Shown piece by piece: positions 47,339 to 57,367 of a stretch of DNA of 64,000 nt. This DNA comes from Candidatus Pacearchaeota archaeon (GTDB lineage: Archaea; Nanobdellota; Nanobdellia; Pacearchaeales; GW2011-AR1). The translations under genes were made by a program, and so were the position numbers. The notes under the pieces were generated by a model. It had not been told where the DNA came from, did not search any database, and was given only the letters and a program-made list of their open reading frames with translations. The stretch covers positions 33,876-97,875 of the forward strand of contig JAWCQN010000001.1 in the NCBI GenBank assembly GCA_038869755.1, written 5' to 3'. Positions within the stretch are counted from its first letter, which is position 1. Every line of letters starts with the position of its first letter.

Positions 47339-49525
47339 GTGAATTTTATTATTATGTCTGATGTTGATGATATTATGAAGAAGTATAGCAGTAAAATATC
47401 AAAGAGTTTTAATGAGGAATATGTTTCTGGAGATGTTTCTAAGGAATATTTAACATTCAAGGAAGATATGATGCCCTCACAAACAAGGTTTGAGAAATTT
47501 GCAAGGGCCTTTTCATTCGTTGATATAAAACTGACAGAGAAAGACAGAACAAGGATTCAAAAATATTTAGATATGGCACATCTTGATTTGACTCCGGGAC
47601 AGGTTGTTGCATACGCTTTTTTTTCAGCATTTTTAATAATTTTAATTGGTATTCTTATTTCACTCGGGGTTTTTTATTATTCTGGAGAATTCCCAACACC
47701 GGTTGCTATATTCTTGGGATTGATGGTTATAACTTCAATGTTTGTTTTCTATTATATTTATAGCTCTCCTCAAAGATTGGCAAATATCTGGAGGTTAAGG
47801 GCAGGATCTCAAATGGTTCCATGTATCTTATATGTAGTAGTTTATATGAAACATACCTCTAATTTGGAAAGAGCTATTGCTTTTGCTGCAAAACATGTTC
47901 AACCACCCCTTTCTTTGGATTTGAAGAAAATATTTTATGATGTTGAAACAGGAAAATTTTCATCCATTAAAGAAAGCCTTGATAATTACCTTAAAACATG
48001 GGAGAATGACTCTTTAGAGTTTGTTGAAGCATTTCATTTAATTGAATCAAGTCTGTATGAGCCAAGCGATTCAAGAAGGATATTGACTTTGGAAAAAGCC
48101 TTACAGGTAATACTGGATGGAGTTTATGAAAACATGCTTTCTTTTTCAAGAGAAGTAAGGAGCCCTTTAACAAATGTCTACATGTTAGGAGTTGTCCTTC
48201 CAACTTTAGGACTTGCACTACTCCCTCTTGCTTCAACTTTGCTTGGAGGAGCCATTCTTCCATATCATGTTTTTATCTTATTTAATCTTATTGTGCCTTT
48301 TTTTGTTTTTTATCTTACCAACTCTGTTTTATTGAAGAGGCCATTGGGGCATGGAGAAACCGAAATTTTAGAATTAAACCCACAATATTATCTATATAAA
48401 AGCAAAAAACCATATGTCATTGCTTTTATAATTTGTTTCCCTTTGTTTTTGCTGGGATTAACCCCTTTTTTATTTCAGAACCAGTTTTTTCTTGAGCAAA
48501 CTGGTTTAAAGAGTGATTATGATTTATCTGAGTTTGGTCTTGGTTTTTTGGAAGGCATAAAGCTTTTTGATTTTAAGAGAGCTCCTGAAAGTCAAGAAAT
48601 TGTCGGTCCTTTTGGAATTGGCGCCCTTCTTTTTGGTATATTTATTCCACTTTCTATAGCTTTATTTTTTTCTTTATCTTACAGATTAAAGACCAAGAAA
48701 TTAATTGTTGCCAGAAATGACACTAAACAGCTTGAAATGGAATTCACAAACTCACTTTTTCAGCTTGGGAATAGGATTGGAGATGGTTTGCCTGCTGAAA
48801 TTGCATTTTCACGGGTTGCCGAATCTACAAGAGGGCAAAAAACAGAGGAATTTTTTAGAAAAGTTAGTATTAATTTACATCAGGTAGGCATGTCTCTGGA
48901 TGAAGCAATTTTTAATAAACAAAGGGGAGCTGTTATATTTTTTCCATCTTCGCTTATTGCTACGAGTATGAAAATACTTCTGGAGTCGGTTAAAAAAGGT
49001 TTGAAAATAGCTGCCCAAAGTCTGATGAGCATTTCCGAATATATGAAAAATATCAATAAAGTTGAGCAGAGATTGAAGGATTTATTGGCAGAGGTTGTTT
49101 CTGACATGAAAAGCAATATAGTATTTTTAGCACCTCTTTTGTCAGGAATTGTTGTCGGATTATCCAGCATGATTACTCTGATATTAAATAAACTGACTAC
49201 TATATTTACCCAGGCAATAAGTTCTGGCAGTTCGCCCGAATTTGGTATAGGAAATATAGGTGATTTGCTAAATTTATTCAGAATTTACGAGATGATTCCT
49301 CCTTACTATATACAAGTTGCCATTGGTATTTATATGATTCAGATTACTTTTATTTTAACTAATGTTTTGACAATAATTGACTCAGGGGACGATAGGCTTC
49401 AAAAAACCTATTCCATTTCCAAAAATTTGTTAACTGGAATGGTTTTTTATTTAGTAGTAACTTTAATTTCTGTTATTACTTTGTCTTTGTTAGCAGCATT
49501 TGCTTTACAGGGTGTGACAGCATAA
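47339..49525 (+). CDS. Polytopic membrane platform protein (FlaJ/TadC-like)
   Basis: 728 aa with about 9 TM and two cytoplasmic domains. Directly downstream of the ATPase. Confidence 0.55.
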   Translation: MNFIIMSDVDDIMKKYSSKISKSFNEEYVSGDVSKEYLTFKEDMMPSQTRFEKFARAFSFVDIKLTEKDRTRIQKYLDMAHLDLTPGQVVAYAFFSAFLIILIGILISLGVFYYSGEFPTPVAIFLGLMVITSMFVFYYIYSSPQRLANIWRLRAGSQMVPCILYVVVYMKHTSNLERAIAFAAKHVQPPLSLDLKKIFYDVETGKFSSIKESLDNYLKTWENDSLEFVEAFHLIESSLYEPSDSRRILTLEKALQVILDGVYENMLSFSREVRSPLTNVYMLGVVLPTLGLALLPLASTLLGGAILPYHVFILFNLIVPFFVFYLTNSVLLKRPLGHGETEILELNPQYYLYKSKKPYVIAFIICFPLFLLGLTPFLFQNQFFLEQTGLKSDYDLSEFGLGFLEGIKLFDFKRAPESQEIVGPFGIGALLFGIFIPLSIALFFSLSYRLKTKKLIVARNDTKQLEMEFTNSLFQLGNRIGDGLPAEIAFSRVAESTRGQKTEEFFRKVSINLHQVGMSLDEAIFNKQRGAVIFFPSSLIATSMKILLESVKKGLKIAAQSLMSISEYMKNINKVEQRLKDLLAEVVSDMKSNIVFLAPLLSGIVVGLSSMITLILNKLTTIFTQAISSGSSPEFGIGNIGDLLNLFRIYEMIPPYYIQVAIGIYMIQITFILTNVLTIIDSGDDRLQKTYSISKNLLTGMVFYLVVTLISVITLSLLAAFALQGVTA

Positions 49526-49643
49526 ATTTTTTAAATACTTTTTAAAAAATTATTATAATATCTTAATATAGCTATTTAACCAATTAAAATCTTGTAAAAC
49601 ATGGCAAACAAACCTTTATTAATTATCTTCATTTATTATTAGA

Positions 49644-49799
49644 ATGAAGAATAAAAAAGGTATTGAGATTGAGGTGCTTGGATGGTGGATAATGGCTATA
49701 GTTGTTTTGGTGATTATATTGCTGGCAGGAATAATTTTAATAAACAAGGGTCAGGGAGGATTATCTTATTTTAGGGAGCTTTTCAGGTTTGGAAAATGA
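49644..49799 (+). CDS. Small type IV pilin-like protein (51 aa), class III signal peptide. Not in the ORF track
   Basis: MKNKKGIEIEVLGWWIMAIVVLVIILLAGIILI... Basic stretch, Gly, then hydrophobic helix. ATGA overlap with the next ORF. Confidence 0.5.
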   Translation: MKNKKGIEIEVLGWWIMAIVVLVIILLAGIILINKGQGGLSYFRELFRFGK

Positions 49800-50830
49800 A
49801 TTCATTAGTATCAGATAATAAGGCTATACTGGCAATAAATAAGCTAATTATTGCTATTATTGTTATTTTTGTTGTAGTTTTAGTAATTTGGTTTTGGTTT
49901 AAATTAAATATCCCCGGAAAATTAAATATAATTCTTCCGGGATTTGGTAGTTCCGGAGCTGGAGAAAAAGAGGATAATCAAAATACTCCCCAACATATTT
50001 TTTGTAAGGGCATTTCATGTTTCCCATCTGGAGAGTGTAAGAATCAAGAAAGTGCTGGTTCAGATGAAATTTTGGTAGAAAATATACTTTGTCCAAATAA
50101 TCAGAAATGTTTTGTAAAAGAAAGCGAGAGTATTCTTGAAAATGAAGGGCTTAAAATAGAAATGTTTGAAACTAATATTAAGGGTATTTCTAAAGATTTA
50201 CTCTTCGCTCCTAGCTCTGTTAATTTTATCTCTCATTATGGAGAGATAAACAAGTTAAGTTTTGTTGTTACATATCCAAAAGATTTTTGTTATATTCTTA
50301 GGACAAATAAAGCAGTTTTATTACAGACAGGAGAGATATGGAGAGCTCCGGAAATAGATAATCCATGGAAATATTCATGGGAACAGACCCCTAAAGACAG
50401 GTTTATTGAATTGTTGGCATGGGATGTTAATGATAAAAATAAATTTGTTTCCAAAAGAATAAAAATTATTCAGCCGGATTTCAAATACTTTGATGGCAAG
50501 AGAATTGAAGATACTAAATTTAAAGAAGAAATGTTAAACTCAAAAATAGGACAAAGGTTTTATGTTGTTGGAATAAAAACTGACGTGCTTAGCGATAAGA
50601 ATTATAATAATGTTCCACTTGATTTTGGTATTGAGGTCATTGATAATGGTGATGGAAAAAGAGGGTATAGTGTTTATATCTCACCAATACTTCAATCTGA
50701 TAGGAAAATAAGCTACATGCAAGAATGGAAGCAGCTAGATTGTTCCTATTGGCCATGGGATTCTGTTTTACAAGAAAAAAATCTCAAAAATAGTTTTAAG
50801 GAAACACTTGAATCAAATTGCAATTTTTAA
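49796..50830 (+). CDS. Pilin-like/pilus-associated exported protein
   Basis: N-terminal hydrophobic helix. Cys-rich extracellular domain. Confidence 0.45.
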   Translation: MNSLVSDNKAILAINKLIIAIIVIFVVVLVIWFWFKLNIPGKLNIILPGFGSSGAGEKEDNQNTPQHIFCKGISCFPSGECKNQESAGSDEILVENILCPNNQKCFVKESESILENEGLKIEMFETNIKGISKDLLFAPSSVNFISHYGEINKLSFVVTYPKDFCYILRTNKAVLLQTGEIWRAPEIDNPWKYSWEQTPKDRFIELLAWDVNDKNKFVSKRIKIIQPDFKYFDGKRIEDTKFKEEMLNSKIGQRFYVVGIKTDVLSDKNYNNVPLDFGIEVIDNGDGKRGYSVYISPILQSDRKISYMQEWKQLDCSYWPWDSVLQEKNLKNSFKETLESNCNF

Positions 50831-50831
50831 A

Positions 50832-51416
50832 ATGAATAAAAGAGGATTTTTATTGGGAGAACATACAATAAATATCATAATTGCAATTTTAGCCATAGTT
50901 GTATTGGTGTTTTTGGGAATTGGTATTTTCGGAATATTCTCTTCAAATAATGATTTTAGAATAGCAGAAGCCCATGTAAATAATATTAAAGCCATTATTT
51001 TAGGGCTTAAAGAAAAAGGTGGTGGAACACAAAATTATGTTTTGGTTTCTCCAAAAAAATGGGCTATTATTTCATGGCCTGCTTATGATGTTAAACCAAT
51101 TCCTGGTGGTCCTGGCGGAATACCATACTCCGGCCCTATTATGATTTCTAATGGAGATATTCCTATTGCCTGTAAAACCAATGAATGGAATAAATGTGTT
51201 TGTTTATGCGATTATTCTTCCGGAATATCGCTGAAAAAATGTAATGAAAATGGAGTGTGTTTTGGAGATAAAGACTTAGATATTATTGTCAAAAATTCAA
51301 AAGATCTGGCAGATAACCAAAGATCTTACATTGATATAAAATCACTTATTAAATCTGGAAAGGAGATTGAGATTTCTTTGGATAATAATAAGGTTATTAT
51401 TTCAAGAAATCCATAA
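50832..51416 (+). CDS. Type IV pilin-like protein
   Basis: MNKRG|FLLGEH: Gly(-1), Phe(+1), Glu(+5) prepilin signature, then hydrophobic helix. Start at the internal Met (ORF open from 50808). Confidence 0.55.
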   Translation: MNKRGFLLGEHTINIIIAILAIVVLVFLGIGIFGIFSSNNDFRIAEAHVNNIKAIILGLKEKGGGTQNYVLVSPKKWAIISWPAYDVKPIPGGPGGIPYSGPIMISNGDIPIACKTNEWNKCVCLCDYSSGISLKKCNENGVCFGDKDLDIIVKNSKDLADNQRSYIDIKSLIKSGKEIEISLDNNKVIISRNP

Positions 51417-51426
51417 GAAGAATAAA

Positions 51427-51540
51427 ATGAACAATAAAGCTGATCAGGATTCATTGGTAAAAATAATCTTGTGGATAATATTTTTTCTTATAGCATCTTT
51501 TATAGCTTATTATCTTGTTGGTTTTTTAACCGGAAGGTAA
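51427..51540 (+). CDS. Possible tiny membrane protein (37 aa)
   Basis: MNNKADQDSLVKIILWIIFFLIASFIAYYLVGFLTGR. Intergenic position in the pilus locus. Confidence 0.25.
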   Translation: MNNKADQDSLVKIILWIIFFLIASFIAYYLVGFLTGR

Positions 51541-51577
51541 AAGATAATAATATAAATGATATTTTATTTAATTTAAA

Positions 51578-52606
51578 ATGGATAGAAAGGGTGAAATTAC
51601 ATCAAGCCAGTTAGTTATGATTATTATTCTTGTTTTTAGTTTTGTTGTTATTATGTTCTTTTATTTCCAAATCTTTCCAGACACAGGAAAGGGTTTGGCT
51701 GGTGATGCTGCCTGTAAAGAGTCTATAGCATTGAGACATTCCCTTAATATCGGGAGTTTAGTTGAATTAGGAAAAAATTACATTCCTTTAAGATGCAAGA
51801 CCCATAAAATCTGCCTTAGCACAGGAAAGTATCTGTGTGAAAAAGAGTTTACTGCACTTGCGAAAGATGATCCCTTTCAGAGAATAAAAGTTAGTGAAGA
51901 TATGGAAAAAGCGAAAGAAAAAGTTTTAAATGAAGTTTCAGAGGCTTTAATTAATTGCCATGTTGTTCTCGGCCAAGGTAGTCTGGATTTTATGCCACAC
52001 AAAACTTTTGAGCAAAATTATTGTTTAGTATGCTCCAGAATCGCTTTTGATGATAAAACTTATGAAAATGTCGAAAATTTGAACATTCAGGATTTGTATA
52101 ATTATCTACACTTCAAAAAAACACAGGACGGGACTTCATACCTTGAGATATTATATGGAATTAAGGATCCAAGAATTTTGCCCTTGATTTATAATGGAAT
52201 AATTAGCTCTTCGGATTTTCCTAATTTGAAACAACCAGAACTTTATGAGGGTATTGCTGTAGAGGATATCAAATTATTTCCTACTAAAGATACAGCAATT
52301 ATTGCGCAAATAAGGGCTCCTGGGAAATGGCTAAATTATCTAACTTCAGGAGGAACTGCTGTAGCAGGCATTGCAGCTGTTGCTTATATGGCCTCAATTC
52401 CACTAAGTGGAGGTTTAAGTCTTGCTGCTGTAGGTGGCGCTGTAGCTATTCTGAAATTTGGGTCTATAGGAGTTGGTGGCGCAACTGGGCTTGTTTATTA
52501 TTGGACAACTCCTGGAGGAAGCACTTATTCTCCTCCTATTTTGGTGCCATATAATGCAGAAGAGCTTTCCAAACTAGGTTGCACAAGCTTTGAGGAATCA
52601 CCATGA
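51578..52606 (+). CDS. Pilin-like exported protein with a C-terminal Gly/Ala-rich segment
   Basis: MDRKG|EITSSQLVMIIILVF class III signal-like N-terminus. C-terminal GIAAVAYMASIPLSGGLSLAAVGGAVAIL. Confidence 0.45.
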   Translation: MDRKGEITSSQLVMIIILVFSFVVIMFFYFQIFPDTGKGLAGDAACKESIALRHSLNIGSLVELGKNYIPLRCKTHKICLSTGKYLCEKEFTALAKDDPFQRIKVSEDMEKAKEKVLNEVSEALINCHVVLGQGSLDFMPHKTFEQNYCLVCSRIAFDDKTYENVENLNIQDLYNYLHFKKTQDGTSYLEILYGIKDPRILPLIYNGIISSSDFPNLKQPELYEGIAVEDIKLFPTKDTAIIAQIRAPGKWLNYLTSGGTAVAGIAAVAYMASIPLSGGLSLAAVGGAVAILKFGSIGVGGATGLVYYWTTPGGSTYSPPILVPYNAEELSKLGCTSFEESP

Positions 52607-52679
52607 TTTTTCTCCATGTTTTTTATGAAAATTATTGAGCAAGACAAACCTTTATTAATTATTTTAAGTTATTAGAAAT

Positions 52680-53102
52680 ATGGATTTATTTAGAAATAAA
52701 AAAGGGGTTGATCTATTACACAGCACTATTATTTTTTTAATATTAAATCTAATGTTTTTTGGAATTATGTTTGGAGTTGTCTATAAAGCAGGAACAAATG
52801 CAGCATTTTATGAACAACTATATTCAAAACAGATTGCTCTTTTAATTGATAGTTCTAAACCAGGAACTACCTTATCTATTAACTTAAACCATATAGAAGA
52901 AATATTGGAGAGCGAAAATATCTCTCCAAATGAAATTTTTGATTTTCAAAATGGCAAGGTAACAGTCAAATTAACCCGTGGCACAAAAGGTTACTCTTTT
53001 TTTTATTTTAGCAATTATAATGTAGAGAAATCTCTGGAAAGAGGAGGTAATGGGGATTTATTCCTGAAATTAATTATTTCAGAGAAGTCAAAAAATGGAT
53101 AG
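52680..53102 (+). CDS. Pilin-like protein
   Basis: RNKKG|VDLL + hydrophobic helix. Confidence 0.45.
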   Translation: MDLFRNKKGVDLLHSTIIFLILNLMFFGIMFGVVYKAGTNAAFYEQLYSKQIALLIDSSKPGTTLSINLNHIEEILESENISPNEIFDFQNGKVTVKLTRGTKGYSFFYFSNYNVEKSLERGGNGDLFLKLIISEKSKNG

Positions 53103-53628
53103 TTTAAAAATTTTTTCAATAAAGGGAAAGAAAGGTGATGAAAAAATCATGTTTGGATTTATGGTTTTTGTCTGGTTTTTGGTTGGATTAGGGGTTATGC
53201 TTGGAATTTATTTTGTTTATGGAGAGGAATCTGATATAAAGGAATTTCAGGCAGAAATTTTGTCTGATAGGATAGCTGGATGTTTAGTAAGGGATTCAAA
53301 ATTAGCTCCCGAGTTATATAAGGAAAATAATGAATTTGATTTATATAAATTGTGTAATTTTAATAAAGACACTCTTTCCGGAAACAAGTTTTATGTTAGT
53401 ATAAATTTTAATTATATTGATGGAGATAAGGTCGGAGAAAAATTTAGAGAGCAGGTTGTTACTGGCAATCCAGATGCCATTACCCAGTGTGCTTTAAGGG
53501 AAAAAAATATTCGTGCAGAAAGATATTTTAGGTGTGTTGGGAAAAAGTATTATGCCTTAACATCAGAGAATAAAGTAGTTTTGGTTGACATATTTACAGG
53601 CTCCAATAATGAGGGAGGAAGATTTTAA
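53095..53628 (+). CDS. Pilin-like protein
   Basis: KGKKGDEKIMFGFMVFVWFLVGL N-terminus. Confidence 0.4.
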   Translation: MDSLKIFSIKGKKGDEKIMFGFMVFVWFLVGLGVMLGIYFVYGEESDIKEFQAEILSDRIAGCLVRDSKLAPELYKENNEFDLYKLCNFNKDTLSGNKFYVSINFNYIDGDKVGEKFREQVVTGNPDAITQCALREKNIRAERYFRCVGKKYYALTSENKVVLVDIFTGSNNEGGRF

Positions 53629-54228
53629 ATGATTTTAAAAAACAAAAAAGCAGTTATAGGAACTACTTTAACATGGGTGGTTGCATCAATTATACTTGTT
53701 TTTGTTTTAGTAATTTATTTTATTGTATTGAATTTATTATTTGGGGTAAATTTTATTTCACAATCCAGTATTATGGTAGAGAAGGGCATATATTACAATT
53801 TAAACGAGAATAAAAATATTCTTTTATTTATTGATAAAAATAAAGAAGTCGTTGATAAATGGGTTGATAGTGATTTGGTAGTTTCAAGAGAAGAGTTTAT
53901 TAATGGAGAAATTTCTGAAGAAAAAAAGAAATTATATGACGATTTATTTTATTCATATACTTCTTTTGCCAAAAATTTGGATTATAAAGATCCTTATTTT
54001 TATATAAGGACAAAAGAAAAGGAAATGAAAATTAGGAAATCTCCTTTATCAAACAATTTGGAATTTGATAAATGGAGTATAAATAACCCGACTAATGGTA
54101 TTTTTTATCATGACATAGAGGCAGACAAGATTGAAGGAGATCCAAATTATTTAAATAGGTATTATTTTGTTTCAGAGGGAGGAAATTTAATACTAATTAT
54201 TTTTTATGATGAATCAAAAATCTATTAA
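53629..54228 (+). CDS. Pilin-like protein
   Basis: MILKNKKA|VIGTTLTWVVASIILVFVLVIYF N-terminus. Confidence 0.4.
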   Translation: MILKNKKAVIGTTLTWVVASIILVFVLVIYFIVLNLLFGVNFISQSSIMVEKGIYYNLNENKNILLFIDKNKEVVDKWVDSDLVVSREEFINGEISEEKKKLYDDLFYSYTSFAKNLDYKDPYFYIRTKEKEMKIRKSPLSNNLEFDKWSINNPTNGIFYHDIEADKIEGDPNYLNRYYFVSEGGNLILIIFYDESKIY

Positions 54229-54718
54229 AATTGTTAAGAATAAAAAAGGAGGGGTGCCTTTGTCTATTGTTTTGATAGTTATACTTACAATAATACTATT
54301 ATCCACAAGTCTTGTCTTATTTTTATCAAGAGAAAAACAATTTTCAAATTCTATTTATTCAACTTCTATACTAAATGATATCTATGTAAGAGAGAATATG
54401 CTGAATTACCAGATTCAAAATTTAATTGAAAATTCCCTGAAAAATGCCAATTCAGAAGAAGAGTTTATTGAAAGTTTTAAAAACCAGTTAAATTCCTATA
54501 AAAATCTGCAAGGAGTTTATTTAAATCCTGATTTGGCTCAGATAGAAAAACAGCTAAATGAAAGAGACAAAACAAGGGTTAGTTTTCAAAATCAAGGAGA
54601 TATAAAAATAATTTCAATTAGTTTTAATATCTATTTGAATAATGAGTTATTGGATAGGGATAAAAAAGTTTTTAATACAGAGTATAGTTATTTAAAAAAT
54701 TTTGAAGCTGAAACTTAG
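54206..54718 (+). CDS. Pilin-like protein
   Basis: KNKKGG|VPLSIVLIVILTIILL N-terminus. Confidence 0.4.
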   Translation: MMNQKSIKIVKNKKGGVPLSIVLIVILTIILLSTSLVLFLSREKQFSNSIYSTSILNDIYVRENMLNYQIQNLIENSLKNANSEEEFIESFKNQLNSYKNLQGVYLNPDLAQIEKQLNERDKTRVSFQNQGDIKIISISFNIYLNNELLDRDKKVFNTEYSYLKNFEAET

Positions 54719-54720
54719 TA

Positions 54721-55185
54721 ATGTTTATAAATACAAATAAATTAATTATTGATAAGCATATGATGGTGATTAAAAATAAAATAGGTCAGGAATTTTCTGT
54801 TGTTACCCTTGTTATTCTGGGGCTTGCTATTTTTACTGCACTTATTATTGCATGGGGCTTTTATACTAATTGGACATTTATTACAGGCAAAACTGATGTT
54901 CTTCCATCTGATTTGGCATTAAAGGCCACAGCATGTAAGAGTCTTGTTTCAAATCAACAAGCTTATTGCGAGTTTGGGCCGCCTTTAAGAGTTCCAGGAA
55001 TTTCAGGAGATTTATATGTTAATTGCGAATACCCTGATCCTAATTTCAAGAAATTGCTTGAAGATATTACCAATAAACCTGAATGTGATCTGAATACATC
55101 TCAAAGTTTTTGTGATAAATTAAAAGCTAATACTCGCTTTAAAGGCGCCACGGTTAATGATATTGTGTGTGAAAAAAATAGTTAA
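54721..55185 (+). CDS. Pilin-like protein (Cys-containing)
   Basis: KNKIG|QEFSVVTLVILGLAIFTALII N-terminus. 6 Cys in the extracellular domain. Confidence 0.4.
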   Translation: MFINTNKLIIDKHMMVIKNKIGQEFSVVTLVILGLAIFTALIIAWGFYTNWTFITGKTDVLPSDLALKATACKSLVSNQQAYCEFGPPLRVPGISGDLYVNCEYPDPNFKKLLEDITNKPECDLNTSQSFCDKLKANTRFKGATVNDIVCEKNS

Positions 55186-55463
55186 TAAGTATTAATTTTT
55201 ATTTATGGATGTTTTGTATATAAGAAAATGTCTGATGATTATGTTTTTGCAGGGAAGAGAAAGACAAAGAAGGATCTCTGGAGAAAAAGAAAAAACAGAG
55301 GGTATAAAAAGGGCGGCCAAAACAGGAGTGTTAAATAATTATTTAATTTATAATTGAATTAGTGTTAGCTTAGGAAAATTATTCCTCGTTAAAATTATTT
55401 TTATTAAATCCTCTTAAATTTGAAAAAAATATTCCTTTATTTTTCATTTTAGTTATATATTTT

Positions 55464-56456
55464 TTATTTTGATTCATGTGTTGCTATTTCTTCTGCCAAG
55501 CTTAGGGCTATACTTAATATTAGGGGACCTATAATAAATCCTGTAATACCAAATATTCTTATTCCACCTATTACACCTATCAACATTATTATAGGGTGTA
55601 TTTCTGACCTTTTTTGAAGTATCTTGATTCTTAATAACCAGTCAATTCCAACACTTAATATTAGGCCTAAAATTAATAGCAGTGTTGCATTTAGATAGTT
55701 ACCGTTGATTATTTCTATTACCATTAGAGGCAGCCATATTATTATTGGCCCTAATAAAGGGATGACTGCAAAAATTCCAATTATTATTCCGAATAATACT
55801 GCAAGTTTAATGCCTAAAAGAGAGAATCCTATTATTGCTACAACAGCTTCAATAATCCCGATTATCAGGGTTCCATAAATAATTTCTGAGCTAACTTTTT
55901 CAATTCTTTTTAGTATTATTGCTTTATTTTTGAAGGGCATAGCATTTATTATTCTTGCTTTAATATTATACCAGTCGACTAATATGTAATACATCAAAAA
56001 GAAAATAATGAATAAACTGAATAGTGTTTTCGGAACCAAAAATGCCAGCGAAGGTAACTTTGAGATTAAATAATTTCCAATAGATCCTTTAATAGAATCC
56101 ATATTATTTATTATAATTTCTGATTCTGGAAATTTTGATACTAAATTAATAATCTCGTTTGGAGTTGACGAATTAATTAAGATATAAACTTCCTTAAGAA
56201 TCGATTTGGCAATAAATGTGATAGAAATTGTTATTATTGTCAATAAACTTATTACAGAAATCAGTGCAGCTACTGGCCTTGATATTTTTTCAGCAAGTTT
56301 ATCTGTCAAAGGTTTTATTAAAAATGCCAACACGATTGCAGTTATTGATTCTATGAAAAAATCCTTTACAATAAAATATGATACAATGAAAATAGCTGCA
56401 AGAACCCCATAAAAGAAATATCTCTTAAGGTTGTTACCCTCTTCTTGTTTATGCAT
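55464..56456 (-). CDS. AI-2E family (PerM/UPF0118) transporter
   Basis: 8-TM topology. Conserved C-terminal half pattern ...IPLLGPIIIWLP...HPIIMLIGVIGG..IFGITGFIIGPLIL. Confidence 0.65.
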   Translation of the reverse strand: MHKQEEGNNLKRYFFYGVLAAIFIVSYFIVKDFFIESITAIVLAFLIKPLTDKLAEKISRPVAALISVISLLTIITISITFIAKSILKEVYILINSSTPNEIINLVSKFPESEIIINNMDSIKGSIGNYLISKLPSLAFLVPKTLFSLFIIFFLMYYILVDWYNIKARIINAMPFKNKAIILKRIEKVSSEIIYGTLIIGIIEAVVAIIGFSLLGIKLAVLFGIIIGIFAVIPLLGPIIIWLPLMVIEIINGNYLNATLLLILGLILSVGIDWLLRIKILQKRSEIHPIIMLIGVIGGIRIFGITGFIIGPLILSIALSLAEEIATHESK

Positions 56457-56506
56457 TCTTTTTCAAGGCAGGAAACCTTAATAAAGCTTTTTCCCTTTTC
56501 ATTGAG

Positions 56507-57367
56507 ATGATTGAGTTCCTTGCAATTATTGGAGTAATATGGATAGTTGCAGCCATGGTTCAGGATTTTAAGCAGAGGGAGATTGCCAACTGGATAAATT
56601 TTTCTCTAATAATCTTTGCTTTAACTTTCAGACTATTTTATAGTGTTTTTTCAGATAACTACAGTTTTTTTGTTTTTGGTTTATTCGGACTAGCTGTGCT
56701 TTTTATTGTTGGGCATTTGCTATATTATGCAAGGGTTTTTGCAGGAGGAGACGCTAAGCTATTCATTGCTCTTGGTTCAGTAATTCCATTTGCTTCAGAT
56801 TATTATCTTAACACCCTGATATTTTTTCTATTTTTAATTTCTCTTCTGGCAGGAGGAGCCTTATATAGTATTGCTTATACTCTTTTTTTGGTTTATAAGA
56901 ATAAAGAAGAATTTAAAAAAGAATTCAGGAAAAACTTCAATTCCAGATTAAAGCTTTTTATTTCTTTAATATTTGTTTTTTTTATTTTTTTATTATTTTC
57001 ATTAATGTTAAAGAATTTTATAATTATTTTATTTCCATTATTTTTGATTTTAACCTTTTTTCTTTATATTTATGCGAAATCTATTGAGAAAACCTGTATG
57101 TTTGTTTATACTAATCCGAAGCGTTTAACCGTTGGAGACTGGTTAGCCGAGACAATAATGGTTAAAGGAAAAAAGATTGAACCTTATTGGGAAGGATTAT
57201 CCCAAGAACAAATTGATTTTATAAAAAAATATTATAAAAAACCAGTATTGGTAAAACAGGGAATTCCCTTTTCTCCAGCCTTTCTTATAGCTTTTTTGGT
57301 AATTTTATATATTCAGTTTTTAGGGAATGCGGATTGGGGCCTTTGGAAGTTTAATTTCTTTTTTTGA
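56507..57367 (+). CDS. Type IV prepilin peptidase (A24 family; PibD/FlaK-like)
   Basis: Polytopic membrane protein with a conserved catalytic Asp box FAGGDAKLFIALG and a C-terminal extension domain. Confidence 0.7.
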   Translation: MIEFLAIIGVIWIVAAMVQDFKQREIANWINFSLIIFALTFRLFYSVFSDNYSFFVFGLFGLAVLFIVGHLLYYARVFAGGDAKLFIALGSVIPFASDYYLNTLIFFLFLISLLAGGALYSIAYTLFLVYKNKEEFKKEFRKNFNSRLKLFISLIFVFFIFLLFSLMLKNFIIILFPLFLILTFFLYIYAKSIEKTCMFVYTNPKRLTVGDWLAETIMVKGKKIEPYWEGLSQEQIDFIKKYYKKPVLVKQGIPFSPAFLIAFLVILYIQFLGNADWGLWKFNFFF

